The notes: generated from the sequence alone by a model not told the origin. A stretch of 64,000 nt of DNA from Vulcanimicrobiota bacterium (GCA_963777315.1 CAVZQC010000004.1:224001-288000), one strand, 5' to 3'; positions 1-9,972 are shown, counted from the first letter of the stretch. A program made the numbers and translations.

Positions 1-165
1 ATTTTGCACGGCCTCGAGGCTCGCGACATTGCCGCGCGCCTGCATATCGCCGAATCCACCGTCGGCGAATACTATAAACATCTCTATCTGAAAATCGGCG
101 TGCGAAGCCGTGCGGCGCTTGTTGCGCGGATCTTCGATTACCGGGAAAATACATCCCGAGCGTAA
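1..165 (+). CDS. LuxR-type helix-turn-helix regulator, C-terminal fragment (5' end outside window)
   Basis: Frame 1 reads ILHGLEARDIAARLHIAESTVGEYYKHLYLKIGVRSRAALVARIFDYRENTSRA*, the LuxR HTH pattern (G...xIAxxLxIxxxTV...YxKxGVxSR). Absent from the ORF track because it lacks a start. Confidence 0.85.
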   Translation: MLHGLEARDIAARLHIAESTVGEYYKHLYLKIGVRSRAALVARIFDYRENTSRA

Positions 166-196
166 GGTATAGGCAGCACGGCATATTCGCGGTAGC

Positions 197-562
197 TTGG
201 CGTTAATGGGCAGCACGCAACCAGACAATAGGCGAGAAACGCCGTTTCGCCGGTTTCTCATTCTGGATGCCGACTATCGCATCGAGTACATGAACGATTT
301 CCCGAGGTACATGTCCGCGGGCGTTTCGGAGTTGACGGACCGTTTGCCGCGCATTTTGGAGCGCGCTGTACGCCTGCTGACGGCATCCTGGGGCGGCCGC
401 CATGTATTGTGTCCCGAACGGCGGTGCATTATGGCGTCGGGTCTCGCCATGCGCGTTTTCGTGCTGACCGGCGCGCCTGCTCAGCGCATTGGAGTAGCGT
501 TCGAGTCATATCGCGTACGCATGGAAGACGGGCTGGACCCGGTCGGCGCGCTTACGTACTGA
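197..562 (+). CDS. hypothetical protein (possible stand-alone sensor-like domain)
   Basis: 121-aa ORF filling the gap between the LuxR gene and the GNAT gene; start may be ATG 206; no HTH. Confidence 0.6.
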   Translation: MALMGSTQPDNRRETPFRRFLILDADYRIEYMNDFPRYMSAGVSELTDRLPRILERAVRLLTASWGGRHVLCPERRCIMASGLAMRVFVLTGAPAQRIGVAFESYRVRMEDGLDPVGALTY

Positions 563-571
563 CCGCGCAGC

Positions 572-1075
572 ATGACAAACAGGGCCCGGGCGCGATACGA
601 TGCATCGATGCTCCGTTTGCAAATCCGCCTTGCGCGGTTCGAAGACGCCCCGTTCATCGTCGGATTGGCTCACCGTTTCGCGGAGAGCGACATTCCGCCA
701 TGGCGCACGCGCGACGAGATCGTCACCGGCACCGAACGGCAATTGTTGCGGGCTCTGAAGCGCGGCGACGAGCGGCAATCAACGATCTTCATCGCAGAAA
801 ACGGCGCCGAGCCGGTGGGTTTCGCGTGGGCGCTCATGATTGAAGACTTTTACACGGGAGACCTGGTCGGCAAAATATCCGAAATTGCCGTCACGCAAAA
901 CGGACGGGGCGCCGGCCGTGCACTGATGCGGGCCTGTGAAGACTGGGCTCGCGAGCGAGGCGCGCGCCTCGTCGTCTTAAACGCCCTGGAAGGCAATGCT
1001 CGCGCTAGAGAGTTTTACCGCCGGCTCGGGTATGGCGCCGAGTACACGATGTTCGCCAAGGAGCTCGTTACCTAG
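572..1075 (+). CDS. GNAT family N-acetyltransferase
   Basis: IAVTQNGRGAGRALMRACEDWARERGA (acetyl-CoA motif A) and NARAREFYRRLGY (motif B); start may be ATG 608. Confidence 0.9.
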   Translation: MTNRARARYDASMLRLQIRLARFEDAPFIVGLAHRFAESDIPPWRTRDEIVTGTERQLLRALKRGDERQSTIFIAENGAEPVGFAWALMIEDFYTGDLVGKISEIAVTQNGRGAGRALMRACEDWARERGARLVVLNALEGNARAREFYRRLGYGAEYTMFAKELVT

Positions 1076-1170
1076 GATTGCCGATGCGATTCGTATGCAC
1101 CGCCGAAGAAAAACAGCGACATGATGATCATAAAGCCGATGCAGACCACGAAAACCAGCGGTAGAGTCAT
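1072..1170 (-). CDS. small single-TM membrane protein (32 aa)
   Basis: MTLPLVFVVCIGFMIIMSLFFFGGAYESHRQS; ATG 22 nt after the YoaK-family stop; stop overlaps the GNAT stop. Confidence 0.55.
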   Translation of the reverse strand: MTLPLVFVVCIGFMIIMSLFFFGGAYESHRQS

Positions 1171-1192
1171 ATCAGGGCACTCATTACGCGAA

Positions 1193-1933
1193 TCATGCGG
1201 CGGACTCTTGCTCGGCTCGGTCGAGGGGCTCCTTGGTGAGCGGGGAAGCCGCATCGTAGCCGATGAGCAGGAGCAGTATGCCGATCGGCAACCAAAGCGC
1301 CACCGTGCCATGTGTCAGCTTGATCAGCGCGCCGGCGACGCCGCCGATCGCGAACGCCATCCAGATCGCGCCGTAAAATAAGCCATCGGCGAAGTGCTCG
1401 CGCGCGCGCCCGTCGCCGGCCATGGCCGAGCGTATGCCGTCGACCGCTCCTTGCATCGTGTTCGTGAGCATGCCGGTCACGAACGTAGTGTGCACCCGAT
1501 GCTGCCCAACTTGCCGCAGTATGGCGTTTTGGATTCCCATCGCGCCCGCGGGGAAAATTACCATCCACTGCTGCGCGGGCCGGGCCAGTACGAAGAACGC
1601 CACCAGCAGCGCGACCTCGCACGCCGCGATGATCGAAAACATCCGCATGACCTTCAACCAAACCAGGACGTAGGTCAGCGCAAAGCCGACTGCAATTCCC
1701 CCGCAGAATACGACGATCGGTTCAAAGTGCCGCCAGGCTTCCCGCCAGCGGCCGGATGCGACGTAGATCGTCAAGCCGACGGTGTTGCCGCTCATATGTG
1801 AAGTGAAAATGTGATAGAGCAGCAGATAGCCGATGCCGTCGACCGCACCCGCAACGAAAGACAACGCCAACGCAATCCATGAATGGCGGCGGGAAAGCTG
1901 CCGTTCGCTATGCTGGGGCTGCGATGTGGGCAC
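1193..1933 (-). CDS. YoaK / DUF1275 family membrane protein
   Basis: LSFVAGAVDGIGY, FTSHMSGN, AMGIQNA and TTFVTGMLT motifs; multiple TM helices. Confidence 0.9.
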   Translation of the reverse strand: MPTSQPQHSERQLSRRHSWIALALSFVAGAVDGIGYLLLYHIFTSHMSGNTVGLTIYVASGRWREAWRHFEPIVVFCGGIAVGFALTYVLVWLKVMRMFSIIAACEVALLVAFFVLARPAQQWMVIFPAGAMGIQNAILRQVGQHRVHTTFVTGMLTNTMQGAVDGIRSAMAGDGRAREHFADGLFYGAIWMAFAIGGVAGALIKLTHGTVALWLPIGILLLLIGYDAASPLTKEPLDRAEQESAA

Positions 1934-1970
1934 GCGGTTATGGTACCCGTGCGCCGGGAACGAATCTCTT

Positions 1971-4900
1971 ATGCGGACAGCTCCTCTGCCTCATGACGTC
2001 GGGCGCTTGGAAGCGCAGCTGCGCGAGGCCGTCACCGGTGAAGTGCGTTTTTCGGACGGCGATCGCGCGATGTACGCGTTCGATGCGTCGGTATATCGCC
2101 AGGTCCCGATCGGCGTGGTGATTCCACGCAACGCCGACGATATCGAGCACGTGCTTGCCGTGTGCCGTTCGCACGGCTCACCGGTGCTCGGACGCGGCTG
2201 CGGCACCAGTCTAGCGGGTCAATGCTGCAACACCGCCGTGATTATCGATACGTCCAAATACATGAACAAGATTTGCGACGTCGATCTGGAGAGCATGACG
2301 GCGGTGGTGCAGCCGGGCGTGATCTGCGATTCACTGCGTCATGCTACGCTTCCGCGCGGGGTGGTGTTCGCTCCGGATCCTGCCACGCACGACCACTGCA
2401 CGATCGGCGGCATGATCGGCAATAACTCCTGCGGCACGCACGCACTGCAGGGCGGCCGCACCGCAGACAACGTGTACGAATTGGAGATCGTGACCTACGA
2501 CGGCTTGCGCATGACCGTCGGAGCCACGCCGCCCGCGCAGTTGCACGAGATCATTTCGGGCGGCGGCCGCCGTGGACGGATCTACGGCGAGCTCAAAGCG
2601 CTCATCGAGAAGTACGCGCCGGCCATACGCAAGAGGTTTCCCGACATTCCGCGGTTGGTGTCCGGCTACAGCTTGGACATGCTGTTGCCCGAAAACGGAT
2701 TCAACGTCGCGCGAGCGCTGGTCGGCAGCGAGGGAACGTGCGCCATGACGCTGCAGGCGAAGCTGCGATTGGTTCGTCAGCCTCCGAAGAACGCGCTGGT
2801 CGTGTTGGGTTTCCCCGATTTGGGCAGCTCCGGCGACATGGTGCCGCTGCTCCTGGAGCACTATCCGATTGCCATCGAATTTTTCTCCAGCCACGTCATC
2901 GCCAACTTGGATCGCAAGCAGCTCAATTTCGGCGGCCGGTACATGCTGCCCGAAGGCAAAGAGTTCGTCGTGGTGCAGTTCGGCGGGCAGACCCAAAAAG
3001 AAGCCGACGCCATGGCCGAACACCTGCGTACGCGCGTGAGCGCGATGCGCGCCGGCCCGCACTTCAAACTGATCGAGGATAAGCAAGAGCAGGAAGCGGT
3101 TTGGGAGATCCGGCGCCACAGCGCGAGCACTGCGCGCATGCCCATCGGAATGGGCGGTCACGGCGGATGGCCGAATTGGGAAGATGCGGCGCTCGCGCCC
3201 GAACGTTTGGGCGACTATCTGCGGGACTTCGAAAAACTGCTCGACAAATTCGAGTTTGAAGGCACGTTCTACGGCCACTGGGGCCAGGCATGCATTCACT
3301 GCCGGATCGATTTCAAGTTTCGCACGGCCGACAACGTCAAAACGTTCCGCGCGTTCATGGAGGAAGCGACCGATTTGGTCGTTTCGTACGGCGGCATCCC
3401 GTCGGGCGAACACGGCGACGGTCAGGGCCGCGCGGAACTGCTGCCCAAAGCGTACGGCGAAGAGATCATTACGGCATTTCGTGAATTCAAGGCGATCTGG
3501 GATCCGAAAAACAAGATGAATCCCGGCAAGTTGGTCGATCCGTATCCGCTGGACACGAACCTGCGCGAGGGCACCGATTACACGCCGCTCGACTTCAAGT
3601 CCCACTTTCAATTTCCGCAAGACAACTTCAGTTTCATGGAAGCCTCCAATCGCTGCTTCGGAATCGGCAAGTGCCGCCATCTCGAAGGCGGCACGATGTG
3701 TCCGAGCTTCATGGTCACGCGCGAAGAGAAAAACTCCACGCGGGGCCGCGCGCGGCTGCTGCAGGAGATGATGGACAAGGGCGGCCCCACGAAAAACACG
3801 TGGAAAAACGACGCCGTCAAAGATGCGCTGGACTTGTGCCTTGCATGCAAGGGATGCAAAGGCGATTGCCCGGTTCAAGTCGACATGGCGACCTACAAAG
3901 CGGAATTCCTTTCCCATTACTACGAAGGCCGGCCGCGGCCCGCGGCAGCGTACGCGATGGGGCTGATTCCGGTGTGGGCACCGCTCGCTTCGCAATTGCC
4001 CGACATCGTGAACGGCGTACTGTCCACTCCGCTGCTTTCGGATGCGCTCAAAGCGTTGGGGGGGATTTCGCCGCAGCGCGAACTGCCGCGCTTTGCGACG
4101 GTGCCGTTCGATCGCTGGTGGAGCAGCCGCACGGCCTCGGGCGGCGTTCACGCAAAGCACGCTGAGGGGGGCGGGCGTGTCGTACTGTGGGCGGACACGT
4201 TCAACACGTACTTTACGCCAGAAGTGGCTATCGCCGCCGTTCAAGTGCTCGAAGATCTGGGCTACGAGATCGTGGTCCCCCAATCGCGCGTGTGCTGCGG
4301 ACGCCCGTTCTTCGACTATGGGTTCTTGACGCTCGCCAAGACGTATTTCAAAAATGCGATCGCGACGATGGAGCCGTTCCTGCGCGACGGTACGCCGATC
4401 GTGGGGCTCGAGCCGAGTTGCATCGCCGCGTTCCGCGACGAACTGATCAACATGTTTCCGAACGATCTCGACGCACAACGACTGTCGCAGCAGACGTACA
4501 CGCTGGCGGAATTCTTGGAGCTCAAAGGCGGCGAATGGCAATGGAAAGTGCCCAAACTGCATAAGCGCGCCCTGGTGCAAGTCCACTGCCATCAAGCCGC
4601 CGTCATGAAGTTCAAGTGCGAACGATCGGTGATGGAAAAGATCGGCTTGGAGGTCGAGGTTCCGGATTCGGGCTGCTGCGGAATGGCCGGCAGCTTTGGA
4701 TACGAGGCCGGAGAGCGCTACCGCGTTTCCCAGGCGTGCGGCGAGCGTTCGATTTTGCCCAAAGTGCGCGACGCGTCGCAATCCACGCTGATCGTCGCCG
4801 ACGGTTTCAGCTGCCGTCATCAGATCGAGCAAGGCGCGCAGCGGCAGCCGCTGCACCTGGCCCAAGTTCTGCGAATGGCGCAGCGCCGTCGAGAATCCGA

Positions 4901-5021
4901 CGGCGCCGGCGCTTTCGACGGCCTTGCGCGTAGAACGCATCTGCGTGAGGCGGCCATTGGCGCAGGCGCTGCGACGCTGTTGGCCGGTTCGCTTGCCATA
5001 TTGACCCGGAGGACACAATGA
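1971..5021 (+). CDS. FAD-binding and (Fe-S)-binding oxidoreductase (GlcD/GlcF fusion, YdiJ-like 2-hydroxyacid dehydrogenase)
   Basis: RGCGTSLAGQ and CTIGGMIGNNSCG FAD-binding motifs, SGEHGDG, CxxxxxC...MCPSF and CLACKGC ferredoxin motifs, two CCG domains; start set at ATG 1971. Confidence 0.9.
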   Translation: MRTAPLPHDVGRLEAQLREAVTGEVRFSDGDRAMYAFDASVYRQVPIGVVIPRNADDIEHVLAVCRSHGSPVLGRGCGTSLAGQCCNTAVIIDTSKYMNKICDVDLESMTAVVQPGVICDSLRHATLPRGVVFAPDPATHDHCTIGGMIGNNSCGTHALQGGRTADNVYELEIVTYDGLRMTVGATPPAQLHEIISGGGRRGRIYGELKALIEKYAPAIRKRFPDIPRLVSGYSLDMLLPENGFNVARALVGSEGTCAMTLQAKLRLVRQPPKNALVVLGFPDLGSSGDMVPLLLEHYPIAIEFFSSHVIANLDRKQLNFGGRYMLPEGKEFVVVQFGGQTQKEADAMAEHLRTRVSAMRAGPHFKLIEDKQEQEAVWEIRRHSASTARMPIGMGGHGGWPNWEDAALAPERLGDYLRDFEKLLDKFEFEGTFYGHWGQACIHCRIDFKFRTADNVKTFRAFMEEATDLVVSYGGIPSGEHGDGQGRAELLPKAYGEEIITAFREFKAIWDPKNKMNPGKLVDPYPLDTNLREGTDYTPLDFKSHFQFPQDNFSFMEASNRCFGIGKCRHLEGGTMCPSFMVTREEKNSTRGRARLLQEMMDKGGPTKNTWKNDAVKDALDLCLACKGCKGDCPVQVDMATYKAEFLSHYYEGRPRPAAAYAMGLIPVWAPLASQLPDIVNGVLSTPLLSDALKALGGISPQRELPRFATVPFDRWWSSRTASGGVHAKHAEGGGRVVLWADTFNTYFTPEVAIAAVQVLEDLGYEIVVPQSRVCCGRPFFDYGFLTLAKTYFKNAIATMEPFLRDGTPIVGLEPSCIAAFRDELINMFPNDLDAQRLSQQTYTLAEFLELKGGEWQWKVPKLHKRALVQVHCHQAAVMKFKCERSVMEKIGLEVEVPDSGCCGMAGSFGYEAGERYRVSQACGERSILPKVRDASQSTLIVADGFSCRHQIEQGAQRQPLHLAQVLRMAQRRRESDGAGAFDGLARRTHLREAAIGAGAATLLAGSLAILTRRTQ

Positions 5022-6865
5022 GCACCACCAAGATCGGGGCCGAAGTCATGGTCGAGCGCCTCATGCAATGGGGCGTGGACACGATCTTCGGATTGCCCGG
5101 CGACGGCATCAACGGCTTCATGGAAGCGCTGCGCAAACACAAGGACGACATCCGCTACATTCACGTGCGGCACGAGGAAGTCGGCGCCATGGCGGCCGTC
5201 GGTTACGCGAAGTTTACGGGAAAACTCGGCGTGTGCTTTGCGACTGCCGGACCGGGGGTCGTTCACATGATGAACGGAATGCTCGACGCGAAGTCCGAGC
5301 AGGCGCCGATTCTGGTTATCGGTGGAATGGCCTATCACGATCTGCAGGGCACGGACTATTTACAGGACATTCCCTCGGATCGCATCGTCGCGCCGCTGTG
5401 CGTGTACAGCGAGCGCATCATGGGGCCGCAGCACATCCATAACGTCGTCGATTTCGCAATCCGAAGCGCGCTCGGCATGCGGGGCGCAGCATACGTGGGC
5501 TTTCCCATCGATTATCAAGCCGCCGACGCCGAGGGCGGCAGCCGCTCGCACCGCAACATCAAAGGCCATACGTCGACCAACCTGCATTCGTACAAACGCG
5601 TTCCGCAGCGCGGCGAAGTCGAGGCGGCTGCGCGGCTGTTCGAAGGCAAGAGCAAGATCTGCATTTTAGCCGGCGCGGGAGCGCGCGGATGCCGCAAGGA
5701 GCTCGAGCAACTCGCCGAGCGGCTGGGCGCACCCATCGTCAAGGCGATGCTGGGCAAGGACTGCGTTCCCGACGACAGCCCGTATACCACCGGTTCCATC
5801 GCTTTGGTTGGAACGCAACCCTCGCAAGAAGCGATGAAGGGCTGCGAACTGCTGCTGATCGTCGGAAGCACGCTGCCGTATTTGGAATTCTATCCCAAAC
5901 CGGGACAGGCCGACATCGTGCAAATCGACGACAAGCCCGAGCGGCTCGGACTACGCGCGCCGGTTTCCTACGGCCTGTGCGGGGACGCTAAACTTACGCT
6001 GCAGATGCTGATCAATCACGTTCCACGCAACGACGATCGTTCGTTCCTCAAGCACGCCCAGGAGGGAATGAAGCAGTGGTGGGCGCTGATGGAAGAGCGC
6101 GGCACCCGGGACGCCGTTCCGATGCGCCCGCAGGTTCCGGCCTGGAGCCTGTGGCCGCACTTGGATGACGACGCGATCGTCTGCGGAGACTCGGGCACGG
6201 TTACGACGTGGGCCGCGCGCCAAATCAAAATTCGCGAAAATCAGTTGTTTTCGTTTTCGGGCACGAACTGCTCGATGGCCGCAGGCTTGCCGTACGCCAT
6301 CGGTGCGCAGGCCGCGTATCCGGGACGGCAAGTAGTCGCATTTACCGGAGACGGTTCGATGACGATGCAGCTGGGTGATTTCATCACGTGCGTGCAGCAC
6401 GATCTGCCGGTAAAGATTTTCGTGCTTCGCAACGACACGCTCGGATTGATCAAATGGGAGCAGATGGTGTTTTTAGGCAACCCCGAGTACGGCGTGCGCT
6501 TTGCGCCGATGGATTTCGTGAAGTTCGCCGAAGCCTGCGGCGCCAAAGGTTTTCGCATGGCCGATCCCAAGACCGCGGGCGACGTAGCCAAACAAGCGCT
6601 CAAACATCAGGGCCCTGCGATCGTGGAGTGCGTAGTCGATCAGCACGAGCCGCCCATGCCCGCCAAGGTCACCAAAGATCAGGCAGTGCACATGTATCAG
6701 GCGCTGGCCGAAGGTTCCCCCAATCGCAAGCGAATCGCGCTTACGATCGTGGGAGACGTGTTGGAGGAAAGCGGCTATGAGGCAAGCCCCGCGCACGTCA
6801 TTCCCAATCCCATTGGAAACGCGGCCAAGAAAGTGTTCGACATGCTCAGTACGCCCAAGGACTAG
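5018..6865 (+). CDS. thiamine pyrophosphate-dependent enzyme, pyruvate oxidase/dehydrogenase (PoxB-like)
   Basis: FGLPGDGING, VRHEE, GPG, and GDGS...N TPP-binding motif; ATGA overlap with upstream gene. Confidence 0.88.
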   Translation: MSTTKIGAEVMVERLMQWGVDTIFGLPGDGINGFMEALRKHKDDIRYIHVRHEEVGAMAAVGYAKFTGKLGVCFATAGPGVVHMMNGMLDAKSEQAPILVIGGMAYHDLQGTDYLQDIPSDRIVAPLCVYSERIMGPQHIHNVVDFAIRSALGMRGAAYVGFPIDYQAADAEGGSRSHRNIKGHTSTNLHSYKRVPQRGEVEAAARLFEGKSKICILAGAGARGCRKELEQLAERLGAPIVKAMLGKDCVPDDSPYTTGSIALVGTQPSQEAMKGCELLLIVGSTLPYLEFYPKPGQADIVQIDDKPERLGLRAPVSYGLCGDAKLTLQMLINHVPRNDDRSFLKHAQEGMKQWWALMEERGTRDAVPMRPQVPAWSLWPHLDDDAIVCGDSGTVTTWAARQIKIRENQLFSFSGTNCSMAAGLPYAIGAQAAYPGRQVVAFTGDGSMTMQLGDFITCVQHDLPVKIFVLRNDTLGLIKWEQMVFLGNPEYGVRFAPMDFVKFAEACGAKGFRMADPKTAGDVAKQALKHQGPAIVECVVDQHEPPMPAKVTKDQAVHMYQALAEGSPNRKRIALTIVGDVLEESGYEASPAHVIPNPIGNAAKKVFDMLSTPKD

Positions 6866-6877
6866 CGCGCGCTGGGG

Positions 6878-7252
6878 CTAGCGAGAAGCAGACTCGAAAA
6901 CCCGGTACGCCGAAAACTTGCCGTCGGGATCCAAGCGCACCACCACGTTCATCGATCCGCCGGCAAAGGCGGCGCGGTAGGTGTACTCGTTTTTGCGGGG
7001 ATTGTTGTTGACGAACGTTAGGCCGCGATAGTCGCCCAGTTTGTGCATCTGGTCGGACAGTATGCCCACTTCGGTGCGAGTCACTTGCGCCTTCAGGCCG
7101 TCGTCGAAATTTTGCGTGAGCGCGTTCACGTCGTCGTTATAGACCGCCTTGGTGGCGCCGTCGACGGTTCCTTGAACTCCACCGCCCTTGCCGCCTGCGC
7201 ATGCGGCCAGCGCGAGCGCTAGGCCCACGCCGGCCGGCAATGCGAATCGCAC
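6878..7252 (-). CDS. hypothetical lipoprotein
   Basis: Signal peptide with lipobox LAAC; 124 aa; abuts the upstream gene stop. Confidence 0.7.
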   Translation of the reverse strand: MRFALPAGVGLALALAACAGGKGGGVQGTVDGATKAVYNDDVNALTQNFDDGLKAQVTRTEVGILSDQMHKLGDYRGLTFVNNNPRKNEYTYRAAFAGGSMNVVVRLDPDGKFSAYRVFESASR

Positions 7253-7783
7253 CTACAGATTGCCCCAGCCGTAGGAGATCATGGCGACGTCGTTCGAGCG
7301 CGCTCGCGTCGATGCAACGTGGCGGGTCGACGAAACGCGGCGAGTCGATACAACGTTGCGGCGCGGCGCGGAGCGCGCGTGGTGCGCCGGCGCTGCATAC
7401 GCGACTTGGTGCACGGCGAATCCCGCTCCGGAAGCCATTGCGAGCTGATGGCGCTGCTGTTCGATGACGTTGTGCTGGTATGCCACCTCGCGCTTGAGAT
7501 CGACGATCTCCGCGATGGAGTTGTCATACGCGCGTTTTTCGCTGCTGTAGGCCGCCCAAGCGTCGTTGCTTTCGGACTGCAGCTCGGCCTGGCGGCGCGC
7601 GTCTTCGGCGTACCGTTCGTGCACTTTGCGGTTGTGCTGAATCACCAGATAGGTGGCCGCGCCGACCCCCAGCAGTATGTTGCGCGTGCTTGCCGCACCG
7701 TTGGCCAGTGCGGGAGCCGCTGGGACGGCCACGGCGAGCATGGCGGCTAGGGTGGTTCCGGCGATTGCCCGTGTGATGGTCAT
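7253..7783 (-). CDS. secreted hypothetical protein with coiled coil and low-complexity repeats
   Basis: SD AAGGAG before ATG 7783; signal peptide ending ALA; coiled-coil middle; VVSTRR/VSSTRH/VASTRA repeats. Confidence 0.75.
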   Translation of the reverse strand: MTITRAIAGTTLAAMLAVAVPAAPALANGAASTRNILLGVGAATYLVIQHNRKVHERYAEDARRQAELQSESNDAWAAYSSEKRAYDNSIAEIVDLKREVAYQHNVIEQQRHQLAMASGAGFAVHQVAYAAPAHHARSAPRRNVVSTRRVSSTRHVASTRARSNDVAMISYGWGNL

Positions 7784-7799
7784 GTATCCGAACTCCTTC

Positions 7800-9926
7800 T
7801 CATCGCGTACAACGAACGGCGCGCTCGTCATTGTTCCCGTTTCCGACCGGAAGCGACAAACCAAGCGCAACCATAGCAGGCGTACCGTAGCGATCGATGC
7901 TCGACAGGTAGCGAGCGCCGGTCAGATTCTCAGCAGTGATGGTAAAGGCGGCTCCGTCTGCCAGCGGTATCCGCACGCGCGCGCCCACAAGCACCGACGT
8001 CCCAAGCGGCTGGGTGTTGAGGTCGTCGGCATAAGTCTGTCCCAGGTATGAAAGCGATGCGCCGACCCCGACCGAGCCCCATGCCGCCGCATAATCGACC
8101 GACGCCGACTGCTGGGGCACGTATTGCAACCGTTTGGCCAGCAGTACCGCCGGTCCGCCGCTCACGCGCGCGTTCTGATCGGTGAACCATGCCGCAACGC
8201 GGCCGCACTTTCCCGCGGCGCGCGTGTAGCTGACGGTGTAGCCGTCGGTTTGCGTACGCGCAACGTTGCTGCGCAACTCGTGCGAGGGGTCGATCGTACG
8301 GAACATGATCGCGTCGTTGACGCGAGTATCGAACACGTCCAGCGCCAAACGCGCGTTCGCATCGGCGTAGTCGAGTCCGGCGGACTGCGTGCGGCTTCGC
8401 TCGGGGACCAGCTGCGGGTTGGGCTGATAGGCCACATTGCCGATGAAGTAGCCGCGAACCAGTTCGTTCAGAAACGGCGGCCGGAAGCCCGAGCCGGTCG
8501 ATGCACGCAGCGCGAGCATTCGGGACAGACTGTAGCGAAGCGCAACGCGCGGCGAGATCCTCGCATCGGCGCGCGAAGGCGGGATTATGGCCGGCACGCC
8601 GCCGTTTGCGGCGTTGAGCAGCTGCTCGCCGTACGAACGCACCGAATCCACGCGCACGCCGCCAATGGCTTCAAAGCGAGCCGCGCGCCACGTCTCCTGT
8701 ACGGCAGCGCCTGCGAGATTCTGCGATCCGCTGCCCGCATTTTGAAACGCACCTCCCGTGCCGTATTGCAGCGCTTCGCCGCGCACGTGCCGCGCGTCCG
8801 CACGAATTTGGAACGTTGACCGACCGCTTGCGACCGTCCACGATACCGAACCACCGTTTTCGTTGGTCGGAACGTCTTGAACGTAACGCAGAACGCCCGG
8901 CTGGGTTGGAAAGCGATCGGCGATATTCACGATGAAGGCCGTGCGCTCGAAAGCCGTTGCCTGCAGACGGCCTTGCGAGCTCGAATGCGTGTAGCGCAGG
9001 TCCGTTTGCGCAAGGCGGCGCGCAAACGTGTAGTTGGAGCGTCCTTCGAATTGATCGTCCCAAGCGTTGCGCCGGCCCACTTCGATGGCATCGCTATTGC
9101 CGGCACGGTACCGCACTCGCAGCGACGCCATGCTCGCGTCCGACTGCGCGGGCGCATCGATCGAACTTTGATAGGCCGGCGGAAGATCCCAATACTGCAT
9201 CCTCTGCTGCTCCACCCGAACGGATGCGCCCACGCGAGGCGTTATCCAAGCGCTTGCGCCGGCGGACTGGCGACTGTAGTCCTGCGTGCCGGCGGTGAAA
9301 GCGACGCTGCCCGCTGCTGCCGTACCGGTTAACGCGGGCGGACCAAACGTTTGCAGATCGAGCACGCCGCCGACTGCGCCCGCGCCGTACAGTGCAGAAC
9401 CGGCTCCCAGCAGCAGCTCGGCGCGCTCGATGTCGTCGGCGGGATACGCCGCCCAATCGACTTGTCCGCCGAAACCGTCCTGCGCCGGAATGTCGTCCGC
9501 AAGAACCAGTCCGCGATCGTTGCCCGCGCCGGCAAAAGAAACGCGCAGCAAGCCGTAATTGGAGAACATGCTGTTGCTGCGGGTGCGATCGAACCCGGGC
9601 AGGCGGCGCAACAGCGCATCGCCGGTCGTCGCTTCGGCGGATTCCACTGCCGCCCGATCGAGCACGGAGGCTGCGACCGGTAAGGTATGAAGCGTTTGAT
9701 TCGAGCCCGTGGCGACGCGCACGGCGGCAATGACGGGCAGCGCACGCACCAGCATAATCGTACGAACCTGGGGAGTTATGACCACCGTGCGCGGTTCGAA
9801 ACCGGGCGCCGTCGCGCGCGCTTGCTTGGCGGAAACCATTACGACGGTTGCGCCGGCAATGGGCTTGCCGTTCTCGTCGACGACCACGGGCGCGGCCGAA
9901 GCGGCGGCCAAAAGGGCTACCGCCAT
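7800..9926 (-). CDS. TonB-dependent outer-membrane receptor
   Basis: Plug motif DIERAELLLGAGSALYGAGAVGGV, GFRPPFLNEL, NPQLVPERS, ENLTGARY; start estimated at ATG 9926. Confidence 0.88.
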   Translation of the reverse strand: MAVALLAAASAAPVVVDENGKPIAGATVVMVSAKQARATAPGFEPRTVVITPQVRTIMLVRALPVIAAVRVATGSNQTLHTLPVAASVLDRAAVESAEATTGDALLRRLPGFDRTRSNSMFSNYGLLRVSFAGAGNDRGLVLADDIPAQDGFGGQVDWAAYPADDIERAELLLGAGSALYGAGAVGGVLDLQTFGPPALTGTAAAGSVAFTAGTQDYSRQSAGASAWITPRVGASVRVEQQRMQYWDLPPAYQSSIDAPAQSDASMASLRVRYRAGNSDAIEVGRRNAWDDQFEGRSNYTFARRLAQTDLRYTHSSSQGRLQATAFERTAFIVNIADRFPTQPGVLRYVQDVPTNENGGSVSWTVASGRSTFQIRADARHVRGEALQYGTGGAFQNAGSGSQNLAGAAVQETWRAARFEAIGGVRVDSVRSYGEQLLNAANGGVPAIIPPSRADARISPRVALRYSLSRMLALRASTGSGFRPPFLNELVRGYFIGNVAYQPNPQLVPERSRTQSAGLDYADANARLALDVFDTRVNDAIMFRTIDPSHELRSNVARTQTDGYTVSYTRAAGKCGRVAAWFTDQNARVSGGPAVLLAKRLQYVPQQSASVDYAAAWGSVGVGASLSYLGQTYADDLNTQPLGTSVLVGARVRIPLADGAAFTITAENLTGARYLSSIDRYGTPAMVALGLSLPVGNGNNDERAVRCTR

Positions 9927-9972
9927 CAACAAGCAAGCGGGGCCGCTGCGGTGGTTAGGCAAAGTCAACCAT

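Noticed and set aside
2331..5018. 895-aa minus-strand ORF
   Set aside because: Antisense shadow of the FAD/Fe-S oxidoreductase; no motifs; expected in high-GC DNA.
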